Origin: Azolla caroliniana
Lineage: Eukaryota > Plantae > Polypodiophyta
NCBI GenBank assembly: GCA_043228905.1
Contig: JBHGNT010000015.1
Location: forward strand, 10,106,001-10,170,000
Length of the DNA: 64,000 bases
Direction of reading: 5' to 3'
Shown here piece by piece: positions 1 through 13,700 of this stretch (position 1 is the first letter of the stretch; each line of letters opens with the position of its first letter). A program made the position numbers and the translations under genes. The notes below the pieces were generated by a model that was not told the DNA's origin, made no database searches, and saw only the letters and a list, made by a program, of their open reading frames with translations.

Positions 1-860
1 AACCTTCATTGTTGAAGCGGACTTGCATGCCTTGCTCCACGATTTGGCCAACCGAGACCAAATTCTTTGTTATTGTGGGCACGTGTAAGACATTATTGAT
101 GCAATTGTTTTGGCGGACATTTCCAAATGGAACGTTGTCGATGTGCCGAATCGGATGTGTGGTGCCATCACCTGTCTCTATGACACCAGGTCGATGTGCG
201 CAAATCACTGAACCACTCTTCGTGGGATGTCATAGGATGTGAGGTGCCAAATTCGAGAAGAAAATTTGTCCTTCCAATGTCTTGGTTTTGGTTTGGACGT
301 GGTTCTCTTCAACCATTAGCATCAATTGAAGGTCGAAGAATGAAGAACGAAGGAGGGTTTTCTGTCACCAAGATTGCCGTCCTCAACGAGTTGAATCGTT
401 GTGCGAGGCTGCCCAAGCATACTTGAACCATCTTTTCTTTGTCGACGATTATGTTGATGGAGCCAAGCAAGCCGCAAATGCTCTTGATCTTGGTGGTGTA
501 GTCTGACAGGAACATGTCTTTTTGCCGAATGTTGTTCAACTCTTGTCGGAGTTGAAGCTTTCGAGCGGTTGTGTTGGCGGTGAACAGTTTCTTTAAGTTC
601 ACCCACACTTCTTTAGGAGTCTTGGCGTCTCAAATGTGGCTAAACATGTGGTCATGGACACATGTTGCCAAGCAATACATGACTCGACTCGCCACTTGCT
701 CCCATGTTGCGTAGTCGGCGTTCTTTGAATCGGGTCTATTTTCTTGTGCGCCAGTGATGTAGCTCCAATACCTTTTAGCTGACAAGGTATTAGGTCATCT
801 TGTACTCCCAAGATGAATAATTTCTCTGGTCTAGCTTTTCACTAAGGAGCGAGCTACCCA
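1..860 (-). pseudogene. gag: Copia gag-protease remnant
   Basis: ORF 309-608 matches the gag of the element at 20946-21749. Bases 1-250 are homologous to the protease/GAG-pre-integrase region (NLVSVGQIVEQG). Confidence 0.8.
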
Positions 861-1149
861 TTTGTGTGTTCATTTTGATGTAGTGTCTTCCTTTTTCGAT
901 TTCCTTCGCTCGATTACTTACTCGTGCTATGTAGCGGCACTACGGTAGCGGATAGGCGGAATTTGTCGCCGGCGTTTCAAACACACAATTATGAAGAGGC
1001 GGATGGGCTTAGTGGATGTGCTAAACCACACACTCTGATACCATGTTAATAATTAGGTAATTAAGCAAGGGTTAATTAGTACCTAATTATGTGATTAGTT
1101 GATAAGCGGAAGATTAAGCGATATGTGTGTGAGAGGGAGAGAGAGAGAG

Positions 1150-3230
1150 AAAGAAAGAAAGATATATTAACATCTTCTAAGGCCAAAATTGGCCCATGAG
1201 ACAAATGGTTTACAACAAAAAAGGGGATATTTACCCATTCATCGAGAGTAATAAATAAATAAAAATAAGATAAAATAGAGGTTAAGCTAAATAGTTCTAG
1301 TAAAATAATAAACATGTTCTACAATGAAAATCTTATACTAGGCCTAATTTCATTTCCATCCAAGTCTCTCGAAGAGAAGTGGTAGGTCAAAGGGTTGTGA
1401 TGTGGATGTGGCCCGTGATGTCAATGTAAAAGGTACCCCAACCATAGCTTCTAGTCAACGTAGCTCACGTTCCCTTATCTTCTTAATCTTTTCTACTCCA
1501 CGCCAACTGGTTTTGAAACCCAACATCCGAGGGCGTTTAGTTGTTCTTTGCATTTCTACTTCCTCAAGAGAGAGGCCGAGCGGCGTAAGTGTATCCACAT
1601 ACATCGTCTCCCCTTGTTCCTGAAAATTTACACTAGTTACATGTTGATGAATAGTAAAAAGGTTATGGTTAACACTTTGTAATTTATTCTCCCTATGTTG
1701 TTTCAGCTCTAAAATATACCTACCTAGTCTCTTTACACTCGGGGTATCTAATAGTTTGGAGAGGGTGGGAGAGGGTCCTAATATGTCTTGGTATTCTACC
1801 CGTATCTCGGCATAAGTTGGGCACTTGCATGTGAAGTGATGCTCATCCTCTATCTCTATGTGGCATAACCTACATAGCCTTTCCTCTCTAGGGACTCTAT
1901 TAGGCCAACCATTCTCAATCTCAAGTTGAGATGATATCCTAAGTTGTCCAATGGACACCCTTAGTGCATTTGATAAGAATGTATCGAGATATCTTGGTCG
2001 TGTAATAAAACCTAACTTAGAGAAGTGCAAGAAGTGTTTCTTATAGTAAAACATTTTAGATGGGAGTGGCTCTCGTGGAGTGATCCATTTATATCGAGTG
2101 TAAATTTGCCATATTTCTTGGCGTATCACTTTATTACTATCTTCATGAGAGAGATTTTGATCAGTCCCATGGTTGTATTTAAGGGGGGGTAGGTTATTAA
2201 TATCTATGCCGTTTGCAAGTAACCAACTTACCACAGTGCTATACCAAGAGCTAGTGTCTCCAGACGCATGTAGGGATCAGGATGCCTCAAAGGCTTGACA
2301 GGATATCCTATCTTGTGGTTGGCTATGTATCCGATGAATAAAAACTACCACTTGAAAGAGTGCTTCTACTAACATCGGGGGTAGACTGAACTTTGCTCTA
2401 ATAATGTCCTGTGGTACTGTTGATTTGCTTCGGAGTTGACGTGATAACATCGTCACCAAAGGTCTGTCTAATTGTGTCCACATGAAAGATGGTAGACCCA
2501 GAGCCCATACTACTGATGCATACATGAGGGAAGGGGTCACTAATGAGTCGAAGAGCCATCCCTTGGTCCGTGGCTCTTGAAAATATGCTTGGTGGCATTG
2601 TCTCTCTAAGAGTGAGATGGATGCATACGTTATCGTTAGCCTATCTTTGGCTGCCTAGGTCATCGAGAATTTACCTGAGCGAGCACTAAAAGTGACTCCC
2701 AAGTATACATATGATCCAACTACCTCAACTAGTTTATGAGAGAGGGTTAGGTGACATTTACTCCTAAATGGGGACGATGTATGAAAGATAAGGACTTTAG
2801 TTTTCGCTAGATTCACTACCAGTCCTCATTGTGTACAAAAGTCATCTAGGGCATTAAGATGCTTTTGTAGGTCATGTTCTGACTCCGAGAGCAAGACGAT
2901 GTCGTTTGCGTAAAGTAAGAGGCTAACTTGTGTATCCCCAATAGCTACTCCCTTGCCTCCCTTATGAGCAATAAATTTTGTGATCTCATCAACGTAGATC
3001 CCAAAAAGTGTCAGTGATAGGGGGCAACCCAGTTTCACACCAATGGTGCTAGTGAAACAATCGGATAGGCCACTTGGGCATCTTACGCACCTAGAGACTT
3101 GCTCATATAGGGCATAAATGGCCCAGATCATGTCATTTGGTATCTCCAAGCTCTTAAGTCTATCAAACAACCTCTCCCTAGGAACTGTGTCAAAGGTTTT
3201 GCGGAAGTCCACAAAGTAACAATATAACAA
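1150..3230 (-). mobile_element. 5'-truncated non-LTR retrotransposon (same family as the 52049-56815 LINE)
   Basis: ORF pieces 2826-3233 (DFRKTFD, GCPLS, LLYAND), 2277-2540 and 1455-2234 (CRLCHIEIEDEHHFTCKC) match ORF2 at 52868. The 3' UTR and (CTTT)n tail are at about 1150-1220, and both flanks are GA/AT microsatellite. Confidence 0.9.
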
Positions 3231-3424
3231 CAATATATATATAGAGAGAGAGACATGAAGTTAATAGTTATGAACAACACAAGATGGGGGATGATTAACT
3301 TTATATTAAATTAGCATCATCATCATCAAATACAAAAATACTTCTAACTAGATTCTATCTAGGTAACTACGAAGTTACATGGTTGACAAACTAACTAAAC
3401 TAAGTTGAACTTGATCTCTCAACA

Positions 3425-5602
3425 CTAATCCATAGACCAATGAAATAAATATAAGGTAAATATCTTGGATAGAAGACCCCGTTCCACCTTACAACCCCCA
3501 AGCTATGACCAAGACATAGCCAACCTACCACTGACATCCCATACTGTCAGATATTAGGATGACTAATACCTTGGAAGAGATTAACATGATTGTCCTGATG
3601 AAAGCCTAGCCCACACCACTTGTGTCTAAGACAACAACCTTCCAACGTAATGTGCTTATGAGGGTAACTAAGCCTCATATTTTTACCTCTTCTTAGGCCC
3701 CTTGAATAGATGTGCCATTTTTAAAAGACTCTCCATTGATTGGTTGTCAAGACCATGATAGTGCATGCACATATCATTCCTTGTATTCAATCACATTAGT
3801 CCCTTTCGAACATTAGTGAACATACCCGTCACTTATGTACATATTAGTGAACTACCCTTACCTACGTTATGTGTACATAACATACTCCCCTACTTCAAAA
3901 GATTGCACTCTTGCAATATAAAGTGAGGAAATTGTGCCTTAAGAGTATGCTCACATTCCCATGTGGCATCATCAATTGGTTTATCCATCCATTTGGTCTT
4001 AAATAGCCGAATCTCTTTAGAGCGTAAAACTTTAGTACGAGAGTCAAGAATTCGTTCAAGAACATGAGTCTTGTAAGAAAAATCCTCTAATGTTACAAGA
4101 TCTTGCACTGTGATGTTGTTATCACTAGAGCCTAAAACTGGTTTTAGACGACCGAAGGGAAAAACAAGATGAATACCAATGTTACGGGGTAAGGCAAGGT
4201 GATAAGCAAATGATCCAACTTGCTTTAGGATTTCAAATGGGCCACAATATCATTGGGCTAACTTAGCACACTTGCCCGTAGACAATGACGTAGAGTCAGT
4301 AGGGACACACAAAATAACTTTTTGACCAATAGTAATCCACAAGGACGTCTATCCTGATCAACATAAAATCGGGAATGATCTTGAGTTGTCTGAACATTTT
4401 GGCACCATGCAAAATTTGGTTCATGTCTTGGAAAAAATTGCGTGTATTGTCTAATGTAACGCGATGAATTGTGACATCGACTTGGGCACTTGGCTGAAAA
4501 CCATACATCAACATAGGAGGACTATATCTAATGGATGTATGTTTTGAACTGTTATAGGAAAATTCTAAGATAGGAAGGTATTTCTACCACTTATAAGGGG
4601 TTTTTGCTACATACGCTTGAAGCATGTCCTCAATAATTTGATTAACTTGTTTAGTTTGGCCATCAGATTAAGGATGATCTGCGGAACTCATGCTCAACGT
4701 AGTTTCTAACTTCTTAAAGACCTGAGTTCAAAAGTCACTAGTAAACTTGGAATGTCAATCACTCACAATATCCATCGGTAAGCCATAAAAACAAAATAAC
4801 TCATCAACAAATTGATAAGCCAGTTGTTGAGCAGTGACCGTGGTTTTGGCAGGAATAAATCTAACCAATTTTGTAATTAAGTCAACGATAATCCAAATGG
4901 CATCATGACCCCTCTATGTACGAGATAAACTAACAATAAATCCATTGAGATACTTTCCCACTTGTTACGGGGAATATCTAAGGGACACAAAAGACCAACA
5001 ACTTTAAGTCGTTCTGACTTATTAATCTGAATTGTAAGCATTGAGTCACGTATTTATGCACGTTTGAGCGCATCTTAGGCTAGAAAAGGTACTCGAGATG
5101 ACAATGAGTGTGCTTTCTATTCCAGAATGATCAACAGATGCTACACCATGACATTCGTGAAGAATTTTTTGTTTTACGTTTAGTAAATATATTGGATAGA
5201 AGAACGGTTCCACCTAACCACTCCCCGACTATGATCAAGATAGCCAACCTACCACCGACGTCCCATACCGTCGGATATTAGGATGACTAATACCTTGAAA
5301 GAGATTAACACGATCATCGTGGCGAAAGCCTAGCCCACACCACTAGTGTCTAAGACAACAATATTCCGACGTAATGCTTATGAGGGTAGCTAAGCCTCAC
5401 ATTTATACCTCTTCCTAGGTCCCTTGAATAGATGTGCCTTTTTAAAAGACTCTACATTCATTGGCTGTCAAGCCATGATAGTGCATGCACATATCATTCT
5501 GTTTATCCAATCACATGAGTCCCTTTCTAACATTAGTGAACATACCCTTCACTTATGTACATATTAGTGACCTACCCTCACCTACGTTCTGTGTACATAA
5601 CA
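3425..5602 (-). mobile_element. Chromoviral Ty3/Gypsy 'A1', internally deleted (3' LTR 3425-3882, integrase-chromodomain remnant, partial 5' LTR ~5186-5602)
   Basis: LTRs are homologous to 10293-10745 and 61450-61885. A PPT lies next to 3882. ORF 3890-4108 has a chromodomain (ERILDSR...KWMDKPIDDATWE). Confidence 0.85.
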
Positions 5603-8008
5603 TCGGGCTATTACAATAGTGGTGGAAATGTGAACCATTAATCAAGCAATAGAGAATGATGAAAGAATAGGAGAAGAAGGATTTGGCTTTTGGTGAAGAC
5701 GAGATGACTGGGTTGCCAAGATCTCTAATACCACCAATGCTTTCAATGCCACGTGTCGGGGTAGTGTTCATCTACACCCTACATATAAAGTTTGCCCTAG
5801 CTCTACATATGTATACATGGGAACAAGTTATTATTAACAGATAATAATAGCAGTTAATTAGTCGACTGATCAACTCGACTATCCGACCCACAAGTTGACA
5901 GTCTAGTCGATTCAATTAGTTGACTCCTATGTCGGCTATCCAGTCAGTCCGGTTGGCAGACTTTGTCATTGACCATCCAATCGGCTCGACTAGTCGGCCT
6001 TGTCTTCGATCATCCGGTCAGCCCGACTAGTTGGCCTAGTCTTTCACTTGGATGATCCATCCAATATAGTCAACCTCCAACTCTTCTCTCTTTGGTCGAT
6101 CTGGCTGACTAAGCAGATTTCGATTGCCAACTTCTCCCATTAGGAGGCGCATAATCCTAACAAAATCCCCCTTCACTCTTGTAGGGAGAATTAGCCAATC
6201 CTTTCTTCTATCGACAAGCTCTGAGTTTGTCCATAGGTAGGATTTTCGTGTGCATGTCAGATCCATTATCATCAGTATTGATCTTCACAAGGGTAAACTC
6301 TTATACTCTTCCACTTTCTCTCGTAACCAATGATACCTTCTTTGTATATCCTTGGTCCCAAAGTGGTAAGCAGCGTTCTTGGCTAGATGTATGGCACTCT
6401 GATTATCACAGAGAAGTAGGAATTTTTCTTGTTTCATTCCTAATTCACTAAGAAAATTCTTCTTTCCAGCCTCTACTACATCCATATATTCTACTTCTGT
6501 GGGCGACAAATCTACAACCTTTTGCAATCTCGACTACCATCACATTGCTCACCATGCATAGGTCATCACATCACCTGATGTGGATTGACTAGAGTCTACA
6601 TTCCCCGACATGTCTGAGTTAGTAAAACCTTCAAGCATAGGTATTCTAAAACCATACCTAAGGCATACCCTTGAGGCACCTTTCAAGTGCCTGAGTATCC
6701 ATTTTACAATGGCCCAGTGTTCTCTTCCTGGATTACTCATATATCGGCTGGCTGTTCCAACCACAAATGCTACGTTTGTTCTCGTATAGACCATAACATA
6801 CATCAAGCTTCCAATTATTGATGCATGTAGTCCTTCATATCAGCCTTGTCCTTTTTCGGTTTTTGGAGATTGTCTAGCATTTAGTTTGCAATGCAGACCC
6901 TATTGGCTTTGCTTCCGAAATGTTAAATCTTTCCAAAACCTTTGTCACATACTTCTCTTGTGACAACCATAGCACATTCATAGTTCTTTCTCGAACTATG
7001 TGCATTCCCAAGATTTGTTTGGCCAGTCCAAGATCTTTCATGGCAAACAACCTGCCTAGTGCTTTCTTCAAGCTCAAAATCTTCTTGGTGTCTTGTCCGA
7101 CCATTAACATGTCATCCACATATAGCAAGAGAATCAAGAAGTCACCTTCATTGTACCTTTTGACAAACACACAGTGATCAACTTGTGTTTTATGGAACCC
7201 ATGTTCCAACATGAAGGATTTGAACTTCTTATACCATTGGCGTGGAGCTTGCTTGAGTCCATACAAGCCCTTCTTTAGTCGACACACCAGATTCTATTTT
7301 CCTTTCTCCACAAAACCTTCAGGCTGCTGCATATACATTTCTTCATCTAATTCCCCATGCAAGAATGTTGTTTTGACATCCAATTGCTCTATTTCCAGAT
7401 TCCTTCTAGCAACAATGCTTAATACTGTTCAAATGGAGGTCATCTTTATGACTGGTGCAAAAATCTCATCAAAGTCGACCCCCTTTTTTTGTTGAAATCC
7501 CTTTCCTATAATTTGGGCCTTGTATCTGGGTGAGCTACTATCTTTCCCATTTTTCAGCCTAAAGACCCATTTGTTTCTTAGGGCTCTCTTACCTTTCGGT
7601 AACTTTACCAAGTTGTAAGTGTAATTTTCATGGAAGGAGTCCATTTCATCTTGCATTGGTCTCTGCCACTTCTCCTTGTGTTCATCTCCTATGGCGTCTT
7701 CATAACATTCTCGGTCATCTTCATTAGTCACTAAAACATACTAACTAGAGTATCGAGAGGGTGCTTTCCTCTGTCTGAGTGGATATCTTCTACCTCCCAT
7801 GGTTGGCTCAAGTTTGGATGTATTTCGCGACTCTTCACTTGGCTCGGGTTCATACATGTCGAACGGTTTCTGAAGGTTGACCGACTCCGACTTATATGCC
7901 TCAATCAATCTCTGTAGGGCAGCCAACTCCGACTCATATATATTAGTCGGTTGCTTCAAGTCGACCAACTTAGATTTGGTTGTATTTGACGGGATCCGAT
8001 CGTAGATT
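5603..8008 (-). mobile_element. Ty1/Copia (Tnt1/Tork-like) 'B1': 3' LTR remnant 5603-6162, degraded RT/RNase H
   Basis: LTR end cctaaca followed by PPT aaatccccct at 6163. ORFs 6285-7731 carry Copia RT/RNase H motifs (LYGLKQAPRQWY, LLYVDDML, DNQSAIHLAKN). Confidence 0.85.
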
Positions 8009-8507
8009 TGTGAGACAAATGTGCTGAAAGTACACAACGTAGAACAAAGAGAACAACTAAATACACAAAGTACACAATGTTTTACGTGGAAACCCTAAAT
8101 TAGGGGAAAACCACGGGAGAACATATCTTCCACTATACAAATAGAGAGTATACAAAATGGTTACAACTCTTCTCTAATGCTCTGAGGATAACCTCTTAGT
8201 GTTCTTGGCAAGTTCGTCGAACTTTGCCGCCGCTCTGTCACACACACTCTCTGCACAACACTTAGCTATATTCTATTCTTTTTGTTCCACATAGTTCTAC
8301 ATACTAAAGCTTTGCCATAAGTGTATTTATACTTATATACCATATGGGTTATTTACAGATGTAATCCTTACTACTCTCACTTCTATTATTATACTAATAA
8401 TAATAGAAGTTAATCAACCGACTCCTATGTCAACTGCCCAGTTGGCCCAACTAGTCATCCTTGTCGTCAACCATATGGTTGGCCCGACTAGTCGGTCATC
8501 GACTTGG

Positions 8508-8510
<3 letters not shown>

Positions 8511-8572
<62 letters not shown>
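8511..8572. repeat. (AT)31 microsatellite inside the B2 LTR
   Basis: Directly visible perfect dinucleotide run. Confidence 0.98.
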
Positions 8573-8576
<4 letters not shown>

Positions 8577-10752
8577 GACTCTCCCTCAATCGATTCTCTG
8601 TCTTCCACTATCGACTCTTATAGCCCAAATAGTCGACTACTCCTTGTCTTCAATTGTGAACTCTTACTTAGCCGAATAGTCAGCTCCTCCCATAGGAGGG
8701 ACATATACCTAACAAAATCCCCCTTCACTCCTGTGCGTGGAGTCGGTTAGCCTTGTCTTCTGTCGACAAACTCTGAGTCTGTCCATCAGTAGATTTTTCG
8801 TGAGAATGTTGGATCCATTGTCATCATTATGTATCTTCAGAAGGGTAAACTCTCCTTCTTCCACTTTCTCCTACAACAAGTGATACGTCCTCTATATATG
8901 TTTGGTCCAGGAGTGGTACACAACATTCTTGGCTAGATGTATGGTGCTCTGACTATCACAATGAAGTAAGAACTCCCCTTGCTTCTATGGTCGACAAAGC
9001 CACAAACTTCTGTAGTTGTGCCTGCCACGACACTGATCCCCATGCATAGGTCATCACATATCCCGATTTGGATCGACTTGAGTTTGTGTCCCTTGATATG
9101 TCTGAGTCGGTAAACCCTTTGAGCATGGGTTTTCCGACACCATACCTTAGGCATACCCCTGAGGTGTCTTTCAAGTACTTGAGTGTCCATTTAACAGTTG
9201 CCCAGTGTTATTGTCCTGGATTACTCATATATCGGCTTACTCTCCCCACAACAAATGCTATGTCTAGTCTCGTGTAGACCATAGCAGACATTAAGCTGCC
9301 GAAGGCCGAGGCATATGATACTTTTCTCATCTCAACCCTTTGTTTCTCCCATCTTGGGCATTGCTTTGCATTCACCTTGCAGTTGGTCGGCAACATAGAG
9401 CCAATCGACTTCACTTTTGACATGTTGAATCTCTCCAAGCTCTTTGTCAAATACTTCTCTTGTGACAACCACAACACTTTCTTAGTTCTGTCCCGAACTA
9501 TGTGCATCCATAAAATCTGTTTAGCCGGTCCAAGATCTTTCATGGAAAATGACTTGCCTAATGCTTTCTTTAAGCTCACGATCCTCTTCATGTCTTGTCT
9601 GACTATCAACATGTCATCCACATATAATAAGAGAATCAAGAAGTCACCTTCATCGTACCTTTTCATGAACACACAATGATCAACCTGTGTTTTCTGGAAC
9701 CTATGTTCTAGCATGAAGGATTCGAACTTCTTATACCATTGGTGTGGAGCTTGTTTCAGACTATACAAGCTTTTAGGTTCTCTTTCCCTTTCTCCATAAA
9801 GCCTTCGGGTCGTTGCATGTAGATCTCCTCATCCAGCGCCCCATGCAAGAAGGTTGTTTCGACATCGAATTGTTCGATCTCCAGATCTAGACTGGCAGTT
9901 ATGCTCAGAACAGTACGGATGGATGTCATCTTTACCAATGGAGCGAATATCTCGTCAAAGTTGACACCCTTCTTTTATTGAGACCCCTTCACCACAATAT
10001 GGGCTTTATATCTGGGTGTGATGTCGACTTCTCCGGTCTTCACCTTCTAGAACCATTTAATTTTGAGTGCTCTCTTACCTTTCGGTAGCTCCACCAAGTC
10101 GTAAGTATAATTTTCGTGCAAGGAGTCCATCTCGTCTTGCATTGCACTCTGCCATTCCTCCTTGTGCTCATTAGCAATGCCTTCATCATAGCACTCAGGT
10201 TCACCTTCATTAGTCAACTGGATGTATTGACTAGCATATGTGGTCGGGGCTCTCCTTTCGCTAAGTGGGTATCTCCTTCCACCTGTTGTCAATGTTCAGA
10301 GTCTATTACTAATCAATAGACCAAAGTAAAGTAAAAGAAGGAAAATAGATTGGATAGAAGAACCCATTCCACCCGACCACCCCCGAGCTATGATCTAGAC
10401 ATAGCCAACCTACCATCGACGTCCCATACCACCGGATATTAGGATAACTAATACCTTGGAAGAGATAAAGATGCCCACACCACCGGTGTCTAAGACAACA
10501 GCCTTTCGACGTAATGTGCTTATGAGGGTAGCTAAGCCTCAAATTTATACCTTTTCCTAGGCCCCTTGAATAGATGCGCCTTTCTAAAAGGGTCTCCATT
10601 CATTGGTTGCCCAAATCATGGTAGTGCATGCACCTATCATTCCTTCTATCCAATTACATTAGCCCCTTTTTAACATTAGTGAGCATACCCTTCACTAATG
10701 TATATATTAGTAACCTACCCTCACAAATGTTATGTGTCCATAACATATTCCC

Positions 10753-13700
10753 CTACTTTAAAAGATTGCACTCTTGCAATATGAAGTGAGGAAATTGTGC
10801 CTTAAGAGTATGTTCGCGTTCCCATGTGGCATCATCAGTAGGTTTATCCATCCATTTGATCTTGACTAGCCGAATCTCTTTAGAACGTAAATGTTTACTA
10901 CGAGAATCAAGAATTCGTTCAGGAACATGAGGTTTGTAAGAAAAATCCTCTAATGTTACAAGTTCTTGGATTGTGATGGTGTTATCACCAGAGCCGAAAA
11001 ATGGTTTTAGACGATTCACGTGAAAAACAGGATGAATACCAATGTGACAAGGTAAGGCAAGGTGATAAGCAGATGACCCAACTCACTTAAGGATTTCAAA
11101 TGGGCCACAATATCGTGGGGCTAACTTAGCGCACTTGCTCGTAGACAATGACGTAGAGTAAGTCGGACTCACAAAAAAAAAAATTGACCAATAGTAAATG
11201 CAGGAGGACTTCTCTCCTGATCAGCATAAAAGCGAGCACGATCTTGAGCTGTCTTGACATTTGTTTGGCAATATGTAACATTTGGTTCATGTCTCGCAAA
11301 AAATTGCGCGTATTGTCTAATGTATTACGATGAATCGTGACATCGACCGGGCCAAGTGGCTGAAAACCATACAACAACATAAAAGGACTATATCCAGTGG
11401 ATGTATGTTTAGAGCTATTATAGGAAAATTCTAAGATAGGAAGGTATTGCTCCCACTTAGAAGGGGTTTTTGCTACATAAGCTTGAAGCATGTCCTCAAT
11501 AATTTGATTAACTCGCTCAGTTTGGCCATCAGACTGAGGATGATCTGCGGAACTCATGCTCAACGTAGTTTCTAGTTTCTTAAAGACCTCAGTCAAAAGT
11601 CACTAGTAAACTTGTAATTTTGATCACTAACAATATCCATCGGTAATCTATAAAAATGAAATAACTCATCAAGAAATTGATAAGCCAATTTGTGAGCAGT
11701 TATCATGGTTTTTGTAGGAATAAATCTAGCCAATTTTGTTTGTTTGTCAATGATAAGCCAAATGGCATCATTACCCCTCTTTGTACAAGGTAAACTAACA
11801 ATAAAATCCATCGTGATACTTTCCCATTTGTTGTTGGGAATATCTAAAGGATGTAAAAGACCAGCAACTTTAAGTTGTTCCGACTTATTAATCTGACATT
11901 GTAAGCATTGAGTTACATAGTTATGCACGTCAGAGCGCAGCTTAGGCCAAAAAAAAGTACTCGAGATGAGAACGAATATGTGTTGTATTCCAAGATGACC
12001 CGTAGATGGTGCATCATGACATTCATGAAGAATTTTCTGTTTTATGTTTGGTAAATCTGGAACACAGACCTTTCCACTATGGTAGAGCAAACCATTTGTA
12101 ATGTGAAAGGTCGCCTTCGAGGGTAGGGTGCTAGTAACGGCATCTAAACAAGATTCAGCTTTCGTCCGGTATTTTGAGAAATAACTGTCATCAAGGTATT
12201 TCCCTCGAAGGTGATCTAAAAGATCAGATTTTATTTCCGTGAAGGTAAGCATGTTAACTTCTTTAATATGACTAAGAGCACCTGCAACGGTGTTCATAGA
12301 ACCCTTGCGATACCATATGGAAAAATCAAAATCTTGCATAAGGTCAGCCCAACGGCCTTAACGACCAAGAAGATCTAGCCGGTCTCAAAATACTTGAATG
12401 ATTGATGGTGTGTTGTAACCACAAATTTATTTCCATAGAGATAGTGCCTCCATGTTTTAAGTGCATGTATTACCGCAAACAACTCTTTCTCTTGAACCGA
12501 ATACCGAGATTGAGCAGCATCAAGGTTCTTCATAAAGAATGACACCAATATCATAATCACTAACATCGGTTTCGATTGAGAAAGGTCCGGTAATAGAAGA
12601 GTGCCAGCCTGACACACATGCTCTTTGAGTGTCTCAAATGATTTGTCAAGTTAATCATTCCATGCAATCGGTTTGACAGACTTACGTGGATGAACTTTTA
12701 AAAGGTCAATTAATAGCGTAGTCAATTTGGAATAGTTACGAATTGATTTTTGTAAAATTCCAAAAAGCCCTAAGAATGATCACAATTCACGAATATTACG
12801 AGGAATGGGCCAAAGTTTAACCTTTTGAATACGAGAAGATTCAATTTAAACGCTATTTTTTGTAATTAAATGACCTAGATACACAATAGATTTTTGGAAA
12901 AAATCACATTTTGAATGTTTTGCATAGAAAGAGTTGTCATGCAACTTTTGCAAAACAAATCGAACATGTTGAATATGAGGTACGGCTATATATCAAAATA
13001 TCATCCAAGAAGACTGCAACAAAATCACCAAGTTGATCTCAGAAAACGTCATTCATCGCTTGTTGGAATGTGGCTGGAGCATTAGTAAACCCGAAAGGCA
13101 TGACTAAAAACTCATAATGGCCATAGCGCGTACAAAAAGCGGTTTTAGGAATATCATTTGCGGCAATGCAAATCTGATTATAACCTATTCGTAATTCAAT
13201 TTTCGTAAAAAATTGGGCCCCATGCAAACGATCAATCAAATCATCGGCATGAGGTAACGGATATGCATTTTTAATTGTCATTTTATTCAAACACCGATAA
13301 TTGATACACATTTGCCATGAACCTTCCTTCTTCTTAACTAATAGAACTGGCGCACCCTAAGGTGATTTACTATACCTAATGTGGACCATACTCAAGTATT
13401 CCTTAAGTTGTTTAGCAATCTCATCCTCTTCTAATCGACTAAGTTGGTAAGGTGGAATACTCATAGGGGCAGCACTAGGGATGAGTTCAATTTGATGGTC
13501 CACATTACATTTTGGTGGTAAAGTAAGCGACAAATCGTTACGAAACACGTATTGAAAATCGTCTAAAATAGAGTTGAGTAATCGTTGTTCATAATGTGGT
13601 AATTGTGTGGCGTCAATATTAAAATAATAAAATTGAAGCACAGGATCAATTACACGAATAAATTAATGAACTAGAATACTCACTTAAAGATTTAGAAGAC

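Larger units (their letters stand above)
1..3424 (-). mobile_element. Ty1/Copia LTR retrotransposon 'Copia0', 5' part (5' LTR 1044-3424 interrupted by a LINE; degraded gag/protease)
   Basis: Met-type PBS (plus strand ctctgatacca, 1033-1043) abuts LTR terminus TGTT at 1044. The other end is ...gttgaacttgatctctcaaca at 3424, like the Copia C/D LTR termini. The gag fragment 309-608 (NTTARKLQLRQELNN) is homologous to the D1/D2 gag. Confidence 0.85.

Noticed and set aside
8414-8750. ORFs containing IYIYIY runs
   Set aside because: Translation of the (AT)31 microsatellite in an LTR.
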